From IMG/VR virus record IMGVR_UViG_3300030329_001544, positions 1 through 40,681 of that record: a stretch of DNA of 40,681 nt; one strand, given 5' to 3'. A program made the translations under genes and the position numbers. Positions 8,735 to 15,661 of this stretch are shown one piece after another (the first letter of the stretch is position 1; each line of letters starts with the position of its first letter). The DNA comes from a virus. Taxonomy: Duplodnaviria; Caudoviricetes. The notes beneath the pieces were generated by a model, which saw nothing but the letters and a program-made list of their open reading frames with translations, was not told the origin of the DNA and did not search any database.

Positions 8735-9109
8735 TCAAGCGTTGAGTACCTGATCAGAATACGCCTCGTTGAAGTCGTAGATGCACATGGAGGCCAGTTC
8801 GTCGGTGAACAGGGTATCCTTGCCCCTCCAGCCGTCACACCAGTCGCTCAGGTCGCCGTGGCCCTCCGCCTTGAGGATGCGGAACTCGCCGTTGGGCCTG
8901 AACTCAATCAGAATGCGGATCATGTAGTCTGGGTAAGGCTGATCTCGCTCCTCCCATTTGAAGTCGATGCCGAATGTGAGGCCATCGCGAATCCACCGGA
9001 CGCTAGTCACTGGGCATGGGACGCCTGTCTTGTCTTCAGTGAAGTGGGCGTAGGCGAATCGGTTGGTGATCGCCATGCTCAGGATGTCGGTTGTGAATAC
9101 GTTTGCCAT
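8735..9109 (-). CDS. Hypothetical early protein
   Basis: True start is likely the second ATG (MANVF) behind SD AAAGGGAG in the shared repeat. Confidence 0.8.
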   Translation of the reverse strand: MANVFTTDILSMAITNRFAYAHFTEDKTGVPCPVTSVRWIRDGLTFGIDFKWEERDQPYPDYMIRILIEFRPNGEFRILKAEGHGDLSDWCDGWRGKDTLFTDELASMCIYDFNEAYSDQVLNA

Positions 9110-9180
9110 GGTGTTGCTCCCTTTCATGGAGTTAAAGTTGAAAGCCTACCCGTCACAATCAAGTGGCGGGTGGCGGGGGG
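9107..9180 (-). repeat. Early-gene leader module copy A (C-run, hairpin, RBS)
   Basis: Close match to 10123-10198; 20-nt core TTGCTCCCTTTCATGGAGTT at 9114-9133. Confidence 0.9.
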
Positions 9181-10125
9181 TCATCCTTGGTAGGGCGTAT
9201 CGCCCTCATCTGGTGAGTTGCCGAGGATCATATCCACAGCAGCGTATGCTCGTGTTGATGCCCAGCCCAGTGCGGACGGGTCACGGTCTCCCTTGGCATT
9301 GACGCAAGATCGCAGCCATGACCGGAGGTAGGCGACTGCTTGGTCTTGGTTGAACTCGACACCTGATGCACCGAGAACCATGCAGGAAGAGAGTTCTGCG
9401 ACCAACTCCTCACGTCCATATGTATCGGAGCCGAATGCGGCATCGGCCTTGCCCAGCCCACGTTTCAGACGTGAGTCATGACCCGTCGAGTGCGCTGCCT
9501 CATGAGCGAATGTCGAAGCGTATGCCTGTCCGCTATCGAAGTCTGCCTTCTCGGGCATTCCGATGCGATCCTGCAATGGTGAATAGTACGCTTTGCTCCC
9601 TCCGTGGGTGACCTGAATACCCTCACGGTCAAGGTAAGCAATCACTGCCTTCTCGGCATCGCATGCGGGGTCGATAGTGGACCTTTCACGCTTGGGTGCG
9701 ATCACATCGAGACGCTCGGCCAGCTTGTCGATGGCTTCCTGTGGGAGATCGCATTGCTCCAGATTGAACGTTCGGAAGATCCGAAATATCGGGAACGAAT
9801 CAGACTCGCCGGTGGTCTTGTCCTTCTTCTCGACTACCCGGTAGAAGCATCCTACGGTGGACTTCTCGCCCTTGCGGACGCTGCCACCAAGTGCCTTGGC
9901 CTGCTTGAAGGTCAGCCACCATGGACTGGTGTATCCCTGCATTGCGAACCACATTGCATTGATGCCTCGATATGCCTTGCCAGTTCCAACGCTTCGAGCA
10001 GCACATCTGGATATGCTCCCTTCTGCCCACGGCCTGATCCATGACACTGCCTGATCTGGATTCCTGACCGCGTCTTCAAGACGCTTGAATATCTCCTCGT
10101 AGTGGTCACTCTTCGTGATCTTCAT
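9181..10125 (-). CDS. ardC: ArdC-like antirestriction protein (ArdC-N ssDNA-binding plus zincin MPTase domain)
   Basis: PW, TGKAYRGIN, WLTFKQAKALGGSVRKGEKS, FNLEQ, AYYSPLQDRIGMP, HEAAHSTGH.SRL.R, YGREELVAEL. Confidence 0.93.
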   Translation of the reverse strand: MKITKSDHYEEIFKRLEDAVRNPDQAVSWIRPWAEGSISRCAARSVGTGKAYRGINAMWFAMQGYTSPWWLTFKQAKALGGSVRKGEKSTVGCFYRVVEKKDKTTGESDSFPIFRIFRTFNLEQCDLPQEAIDKLAERLDVIAPKRERSTIDPACDAEKAVIAYLDREGIQVTHGGSKAYYSPLQDRIGMPEKADFDSGQAYASTFAHEAAHSTGHDSRLKRGLGKADAAFGSDTYGREELVAELSSCMVLGASGVEFNQDQAVAYLRSWLRSCVNAKGDRDPSALGWASTRAYAAVDMILGNSPDEGDTPYQG

Positions 10126-10198
10126 GGTATTGCTCCCTTTCATGGAGTTGAGTTTGAAAGCCTACCCGTCGCTGTCAAGCGGCGGGAGGCGGGGGGGG
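10123..10198 (-). repeat. Early-gene leader module copy B
   Basis: Core at 10130-10149; hairpin GCCTACCCGTCGCT-GTCA-AGCGGCGGGAGGC. Confidence 0.9.
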
Positions 10199-10205
10199 TT
10201 GCCGT

Positions 10206-10760
10206 TCAGGTTCCAACGCACCCGTTGGTCAGGCTCGCGGGAAGCCAACGGGAGTAGCAGCGGCCAAATGGCGGCGTATCTGGTGACTCCTCATGCTCAA
10301 CCAGTGCCCGAATGATATTCATGGCAACGCGGCACTGTGCTTGTTGGGTGCGACTCCAGATCGCCTTATTCAGCACGGTAGCAGCCTCGGCAGAGTTGTA
10401 TAGCAGCGTGTCTACAACTTTGAGTTGAACGTGCAGCCTCGACTCTTGCGGCTCCGCGTATGTGTAGCGTTCCACATCCTCATCCATGAAATCGATAGGA
10501 CCGGGACGCTTCCCGTTCTTGTCTTGAGGATACCTGACCCGGCACGCTTCCAGATTCATGCCCCAGAGCAGTCGGCCCAACGCTGAACGGATATCCACGT
10601 CAGGTTGCTGGCTCAGTTCAATGCGTTCCTTGATGTCGAGCACGTCTTCCAATATGTCCCAGATGGCGTCTGATGGGCTGATGCCCTCAGCGTACTGTGG
10701 GTGTGACAAGCAGGCCACGCATTCGTCGATTTGTACTTTGGATAGTATGAAGTTTGACAT
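10206..10760 (-). CDS. Hypothetical first early protein
   Basis: Start MSNFIL behind the shared SD; contains LGRLLWGMNLEACRVRYP and LLYNSAE. Confidence 0.8.
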   Translation of the reverse strand: MSNFILSKVQIDECVACLSHPQYAEGISPSDAIWDILEDVLDIKERIELSQQPDVDIRSALGRLLWGMNLEACRVRYPQDKNGKRPGPIDFMDEDVERYTYAEPQESRLHVQLKVVDTLLYNSAEAATVLNKAIWSRTQQAQCRVAMNIIRALVEHEESPDTPPFGRCYSRWLPASLTNGCVGT

Positions 10761-10784
10761 CGTATTGCTCCCTTTCATGGAGTT
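10758..10784 (-). repeat. Early-gene leader module copy C (RBS core only)
   Basis: Identical 20-nt core at 10765-10784. Confidence 0.85.
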
Positions 10785-10811
10785 GGGCCGGTCAAATACC
10801 AGCGATAATCT

Positions 10812-10840
10812 AATCTAGCCGATTTGTACTCATACGTCAA
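10812..10840 (-). promoter_or_regulatory. Sigma70-type promoter for the leftward early operon
   Basis: Minus strand TTGACG (10840-10835), 17 bp spacer, TAGATT (10817-10812), at the divergence point of the two arms. Confidence 0.7.
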
Positions 10841-10918
10841 ACAGCATATCGGGTCAATCTCATTTTTTCTTCACTTAAATATCAGCCCTCATTGTAACCA
10901 GTGCCCTTTCCGGGCTTT

Positions 10919-11010
10919 ATCCGGAGGATGTCCGGAGCAAGTACGGCTGCCAGTCCGGAGAAAGTCCGCCCAGAGGAGAGGAGAGGACAGGAGATTAGAG
11001 GACAGGAGAT
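10919..11010. repeat. Iteron-like short repeats and purine-rich tandem repeat
   Basis: TCCGGAG occurs three times; AGAGGACAGGAGAT at 10982-10995 and 10997-11010. Confidence 0.6.
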
Positions 11011-11062
11011 AACATTATCAGGCGATTTGATTTCTGGATTCTGTTCGGGTATGAATCGCGGC

Positions 11063-11728
11063 ATGGCAGCAACACCAACGGCACGGACGCTGGCGGCGAT
11101 GAGGCGGGAAGGCTGGACGGTTCAGGTCGTCGAGCGATGGAACCCCCACGCCAGAATCAGGCAGGATCTGTTCGGCTGGGCCGACCTGCTGGCCGTGCAT
11201 CCCGGCGACGTTGCAAGCTGGATGGAGGCCGGAGGACCGCCGGAGCAATGCCGGACGATCACCGGACCAGTCCCCGACGCAGCAGCCCCGCATCCTCCGC
11301 GTGAGAGCGTTCAGGGTGTTGGAGCTACCCCGGCCTACCCGAGTACCCCAAACGCTGGCACAGGCGATCCTGCTGCCTCTGAGAGCAAGCCAGCACTCCC
11401 GTCGAACGTGCAATCCATGCTCGACCTGTTCGGACCCGTGCCCGGCATCGTCGGCGTGCAGGTCACGTCGGCGTCTGGCATGGCTGCCCGGCGGAGGAAG
11501 ATGCTCGGCACGCCGGACCTCGTGCCGTGGCTGCTGGCAGGTGGCAAGGCGCTGCTCGTCGGCTGGGTGAAGCGTGGCAACCGATGGCGGTGGGCGGCGG
11601 AGGTCGTCAGCATGGGAGCCGCCGGGCCAGAGGCCGGACCCCGCACCGAGTGGGTCAAGCCGCCCGGCAAGGCGAGGGGGGTGGGGTCCCCCCGAGGTAC
11701 GGATCCCCCAGTACCTGCCGGCGGGTAG
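11063..11728 (+). CDS. PD-(D/E)XK Holliday-junction-resolvase-like nuclease with Pro/Ala-rich insertion
   Basis: TARTLAAMRREGWTVQVVERWNPHARIRQDLFGWADLLAV ... GIVGVQVTS ... WLLAGGKALLVGW. Confidence 0.7.
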   Translation: MAATPTARTLAAMRREGWTVQVVERWNPHARIRQDLFGWADLLAVHPGDVASWMEAGGPPEQCRTITGPVPDAAAPHPPRESVQGVGATPAYPSTPNAGTGDPAASESKPALPSNVQSMLDLFGPVPGIVGVQVTSASGMAARRRKMLGTPDLVPWLLAGGKALLVGWVKRGNRWRWAAEVVSMGAAGPEAGPRTEWVKPPGKARGVGSPRGTDPPVPAGG

Positions 11729-11778
11729 GGCAAAACGACCTTTAAAATCTTACACATCAACACATTACCGAGCACACC

Positions 11779-12090
11779 ATGAACAAGAACTACAGATACA
11801 AAGCTGAGTCGAAACGTACACGCGGTCCTTACTGGGACTCAAAGGATGTGGGTCAGAGGACGATGCGTCGAATAGCGATCTTGCGTGCCATAACGTATTT
11901 GACACAGGAGAACGATGGTGTTGCGCCGACGGTGAGTGAGTTGAGTAAGAGCACTGGTATTCCTCGTAGCAGTGTGTACCGTCACTTGCAGAGTTTGGCG
12001 GAGAGTGAGTTGGTGGAGATAGGTCGTGGCGGTCGTCACACGGGGGTTCGGATAAGTAGGCCGGAGGGTCGGATTGGTTTGGAGAGGTAG
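11779..12090 (+). CDS. LexA-N/IclR-like winged HTH regulator (no peptidase domain)
   Basis: ILRAITYLTQENDGVAPTVSELSKSTGIPRSSVYRHLQSLAESELV. Confidence 0.8.
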   Translation: MNKNYRYKAESKRTRGPYWDSKDVGQRTMRRIAILRAITYLTQENDGVAPTVSELSKSTGIPRSSVYRHLQSLAESELVEIGRGGRHTGVRISRPEGRIGLER

Positions 12091-12164
12091 GGGGTGGGGG
12101 GTGTTGTGAGTTTAAGTCCCCGGCGTGAAAGGGAGCCTATGGGAGCGATAAATGAGATTTGGTA

Positions 12165-12192
12165 TTGACATTTTGGAGTTGGGTCGTACGCT
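12165..12192 (+). promoter_or_regulatory. Candidate sigma70 promoter upstream of the late operon
   Basis: TTGACA (12165-12170), 16 bp spacer, TACGCT (12187-12192). Confidence 0.5.
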
Positions 12193-12199
12193 AGGGGGC

Positions 12200-12523
12200 A
12201 GGTGGTGTAGGACGCTGAGGGAAGGCGTCTTGCAGGAAGAGAAGAGAGGAGAAGAGAGGGGAGGAAAGGGGGTTCAATTTTTGGCTTGCGCAGAATTTTT
12301 TTCTTGATTTTGGGCATCAGGATTGGTTGAAGTTCTGCGCGAGGGAAGGAAATGTGTTAGCATCTCTGTCTGGCGTTGGGGGGGTTTCTCCCCCCGGTCG
12401 GACGGATTGTTTCTTCTCCCCCCCCAGCGTCAAAAATTTTTGCTCTTGCTTGCTGCCGATCATCGGCGGGCAAGAACCCCTTTCAGCGCACGCCTCCCAA
12501 GCCTCCGGGGGGCGTGTGTTTTT
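12200..12523 (+). ncRNA. Putative structured leader / small RNA
   Basis: No credible CDS; several nested stems lie between a promoter and a terminator-like hairpin. Confidence 0.4.
12487..12523 (+). terminator. Intrinsic terminator-like hairpin
   Basis: CGCACGCCTCCC-loop-GGGGGGCGTGTG followed by TTTTT. Confidence 0.6.
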
Positions 12524-12604
12524 GTCTAAGCGGGACGTAACCGGACAAGCAGGGAAACTTTTCTTTACTTATGCGTATTAGTTGTATGGTGGGCGAACTG
12601 TTTT

Positions 12605-12823
12605 ATGACACGTTCGCGTGGAAAAGCATGCGCTGATACTGTTACCTTGTCCACTAAGGATTGGGTAACGCTGTTAGGTATCATTGTTCCTGTTGCAGTA
12701 TTGGTGGTATTTGGTTGGCTCAGGCACGACCGTATGTTGACCGAATTAGTAGTGCATCAGGTTTCGCTCAGTGACAGGCTTGAGCGTGTTGAAGAAACTC
12801 TTGACGCGGGGATACGTCCTTGA
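12605..12823 (+). CDS. Small single-TM protein with coiled coil (holin-like candidate)
   Basis: TM WVTLLGIIVPVAVLVVFGWL; first gene of the late block. Confidence 0.65.
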   Translation: MTRSRGKACADTVTLSTKDWVTLLGIIVPVAVLVVFGWLRHDRMLTELVVHQVSLSDRLERVEETLDAGIRP

Positions 12824-13332
12824 TGAGATTCTTAAGCACTGCTTTAGCTTCATTCCTTCTCCTTGCTGGCTGCTCGCAGCATTCGCGCCTAATGTCCCCC
12901 ATATCCTCCCCTCTCGGACTCGGAGGCGATGGCTCGCAGTCAGCAGGAGATGGGCTTGTATCTATCGCCCACTCATCTGGATCGCTTTGGCCTATTACGG
13001 TTGTTTCAGGACTTTTCCTACTTGCAGCAATACCGGCCTTCTTCATCCTCTCGAAAAGACAATTCTTTATTCTGCTGGCAGTTGGTGTGGTATTGGCTAT
13101 ATCACCCATCATTTTGCTCAGAGTAATGGATCACCTGATTATCCCATTTGCTGTTTTGATTGGACTAGGCGGTGCAGCGGCACTCGCCTTCTTCCTCGGA
13201 AGGCTTTGGGATCGCCGCCTCATTCGTAAGCGGGCGGCTTGTGAGGCAGCAAAACTTGTTTCGCCCGATACCCCTACACGCATCTCAGATGAAGATGCCG
13301 CAGGTATTGTTACTCGATTAACGGAGAAATGA
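12823..13332 (+). CDS. Lipoprotein with three further TM segments
   Basis: Lipobox LLAG-C after MRFLSTALASF; ATG overlaps the upstream TGA. Confidence 0.75.
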   Translation: MRFLSTALASFLLLAGCSQHSRLMSPISSPLGLGGDGSQSAGDGLVSIAHSSGSLWPITVVSGLFLLAAIPAFFILSKRQFFILLAVGVVLAISPIILLRVMDHLIIPFAVLIGLGGAAALAFFLGRLWDRRLIRKRAACEAAKLVSPDTPTRISDEDAAGIVTRLTEK

Positions 13333-13334
13333 TT

Positions 13335-13460
13335 ATGGAAGTCAACTTCACATACGCTGCTCTTGCTTTGCTTTCAGCAGTCGTAACAGGATGTCTGCTT
13401 CAGGAAACAGGATTCCCGTCTTGGCTTTGCAAGAAGCTGCCGTGGGTAAAAAAGAAGTAA
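13335..13460 (+). CDS. Small membrane peptide (41 aa, not in ORF track)
   Basis: SD GGAG; MEVNFTYAALALLSAVVTGCLLQETGFPSWLCKKLPWVKKK*; fills the gap exactly. Confidence 0.65.
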   Translation: MEVNFTYAALALLSAVVTGCLLQETGFPSWLCKKLPWVKKK

Positions 13461-13757
13461 ATGGAACTACCTGTCATTGATAATTGTGACAATTGTGGGG
13501 CGTGCTGCATGGACGCAGGACTGCCCCCGTTCAAAGGCGAAGAAATTGATTTCTTGCCTGAGAGTATTCAAGTAGAACTTGCACATTACAACATGACAGA
13601 CCGTGGCCGTAACATGCCCTGCGTGTGGCTAGACTGCGAAATGAATTGCAGCAGATACGAGTATCGACCTAAGTTCTGCCGAGACTATCCGGTAGGAAGC
13701 CACTCATGCAGAACAGTTCGATGCCAATACGGAATTGACGGGGTAGAGGACGACTAA
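13461..13757 (+). CDS. YkgJ/CxxCxxCC family Zn/Fe-chelating protein
   Basis: CDNCGACC ... PCVWLD...CSRYEYRPKFCRDYP. Confidence 0.88.
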   Translation: MELPVIDNCDNCGACCMDAGLPPFKGEEIDFLPESIQVELAHYNMTDRGRNMPCVWLDCEMNCSRYEYRPKFCRDYPVGSHSCRTVRCQYGIDGVEDD

Positions 13758-14428
13758 TGGCTCAGACTGCTACATTCCAAGACGGCGTATCCGGCGATGG
13801 GACATTTAAAGATGGACACCTGTACAGTGTTGGTAATCGATCTGGAACTGCAACAACGGGATCCATTGGGTTTGCGTCGGCAATGGGTGGCACAACTGTC
13901 TACCGATACCTCCTCCAAATGGGGCTAGATGAAATCCCAGACAACGCAATAGTTACTTCGGGTGTTCTGACACTTAACATAGCGTCGGCTGCTTCAGGAA
14001 CCTCATCAACGCTCCAAGTTATAAGAAGTTCAGAAACCGATTGGACAGAAAGTGGTAGTTACCCAACGAACGCAGCAAAGGATGGGTCTAACAACTGGTC
14101 GGCTGCTGGCGGCAGCATAGATTCAACTGTGACTACAACCTGTGGGATATTTCCCACGTCCATTGGATCTCATGATATTGACATCACCCCTCTTGTTCGA
14201 GACGCAATTGAGAATCGAAGCAAGGTGTTGAACATTGTTTTAAAGGACAGCACGGAAAGTGGGGGGTCGCCTGATTCATTTAACATCAAAACAGGGGACA
14301 ACTCAACAACAGCAGATAGGCCAAAGCTGACGGTCAAGTATGTAGAGGGCGGGGGATCGTCTGGTAAGACAAGATCATTTGCGGCAAGATCAATGGGACG
14401 AAGCACGAGGCGTAGAAGTTTTAGGTAA
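13757..14428 (+). CDS. DNRLRE-like (carbohydrate-binding beta-sandwich) domain protein, probably virion-associated
   Basis: RYLLQMGLDEIPDNAIVTSGVLTL, WSAAGG, DITPLVRD, RPKLTVKY. Confidence 0.7.
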   Translation: MAQTATFQDGVSGDGTFKDGHLYSVGNRSGTATTGSIGFASAMGGTTVYRYLLQMGLDEIPDNAIVTSGVLTLNIASAASGTSSTLQVIRSSETDWTESGSYPTNAAKDGSNNWSAAGGSIDSTVTTTCGIFPTSIGSHDIDITPLVRDAIENRSKVLNIVLKDSTESGGSPDSFNIKTGDNSTTADRPKLTVKYVEGGGSSGKTRSFAARSMGRSTRRRSFR

Positions 14429-14456
14429 TTACTACGTGCTTTAATGGGGATGAACT

Positions 14457-14741
14457 TTGGAAAGTCACGACATACTCAAGAGCATAGAGACGTTGGGCTT
14501 TCCGGTATTTATGGCAATCATCTTGATGGGCGGCATTTACTTCTTGGGTCGCTGGATGATGAACCACCTTATGGGCAAACTGGATGCCCAGTGGAATATG
14601 ATTACAAAACTGATTGACCGAACGCGAGCGTTGGATAACTCAATCATTCGACTAGAAACAATGATACGTCTTTTAAACGACATGAACCCAGACTGGGAAC
14701 GGCTTGGCAAACTAGATGACGCAGACAAGCGCAAGGACTAA
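14457..14741 (+). CDS. Single-TM protein with coiled coil (holin-like candidate)
   Basis: IETLGFPVFMAIILMGGIYFLGRW; ends DKRKD. Confidence 0.7.
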   Translation: MESHDILKSIETLGFPVFMAIILMGGIYFLGRWMMNHLMGKLDAQWNMITKLIDRTRALDNSIIRLETMIRLLNDMNPDWERLGKLDDADKRKD

Positions 14742-14747
14742 TAAGTA

Positions 14748-15122
14748 ATGGCAACAGCAATTAACACAGAAGCCCATGACCGTGCAATGCAAGTAGTAAA
14801 AGCAAACCTTACGTTTGCATCTGCAAGCCAATCAGCTACTACTACACACAGTTATTATGGGTTTGTTACACAGGTGTTTATTGATCACGGTGGCACAGCT
14901 CCAAGTGACAATTGGGACTTGGTTGTAACCGATGAGTTTGGCGTTGATGTACTAAATGGCAAGGGCGCAAACATTGCTTCAGGTACAGACCAACACACAT
15001 TTACACAGGCAGACCTAGATAATGGTATGGCCTGTTCAGGTCAGTTGACGTTCTCTGGAACCAACGGCGGAACAAGTAGTGGCGTAGCAGAAATCTATCT
15101 CTACATTGCAAGGTATCAATAA
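14748..15122 (+). CDS. Putative virion structural protein
   Basis: Small T/G/S-rich beta protein (TAPSDNWDLVVTDEFGVDVLNGKGAN). Confidence 0.65.
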   Translation: MATAINTEAHDRAMQVVKANLTFASASQSATTTHSYYGFVTQVFIDHGGTAPSDNWDLVVTDEFGVDVLNGKGANIASGTDQHTFTQADLDNGMACSGQLTFSGTNGGTSSGVAEIYLYIARYQ

Positions 15123-15661
15123 TGTCCCACCCCACTAAGGCTTATCTTGAGCAGGTAGCACAAATCTCTGCTCGTGATAATGAAAACGAAAAGTCAAAGA
15201 AGCTGACAATTAAACAGCGTCGGTTCCTTGCTTCGTTTGTGCAGACAGGAACTATCTTGGCTGCTGCTCGTGCTGCGAATGTAGGTCGAACTACACACTA
15301 TGCTTGGGTTGAAAAGTCTGCTTCTTACAGAGAAGCATTCTTGCACGCGGAACTTGCGTCACGCGAAGTGATTATGGAAGCCTGCCGCAAAGTAGCGGTT
15401 GAAGATGAGAACGTGCCTATGCTTATTCATCTAAGCAAGGGCGCATACCCAGAGGTGTTTGGAACACAGAGGCACGAGTTGTCTGGACCTGATGGTTCGC
15501 CAATTCGAGTTCAAAACGAAACTGAAACAGTGGACGAGATTCTGGATCGTATCCATGGACTCATGCGACAGCAAGACGCTGCCGAAACATCTACTCCAAC
15601 CCCCGGCCTACCTAGAGGACGAGGCGACGAGTTTCCCGATTCCGAAGACACTGAAGGATAA
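15122..15661 (+). CDS. terS: Terminase small subunit
   Basis: HTH KQRRFLASFVQTGTILAAARAANVGRTTHYAW; HELSGPDGSPI; directly upstream of terL. Confidence 0.8.
   Translation: MSHPTKAYLEQVAQISARDNENEKSKKLTIKQRRFLASFVQTGTILAAARAANVGRTTHYAWVEKSASYREAFLHAELASREVIMEACRKVAVEDENVPMLIHLSKGAYPEVFGTQRHELSGPDGSPIRVQNETETVDEILDRIHGLMRQQDAAETSTPTPGLPRGRGDEFPDSEDTEG

Noticed and set aside
9110-10778. Shared N-terminal peptide MKGSNTM as a targeting signal
   Set aside because: The AAAGGGAG inside it is a correctly spaced SD for the second ATG; it is a DNA leader repeat.
10901-11062. N-terminal extension of the nuclease ORF
   Set aside because: Low-complexity repeat-derived sequence; family-like sequence starts at ATG 11063.
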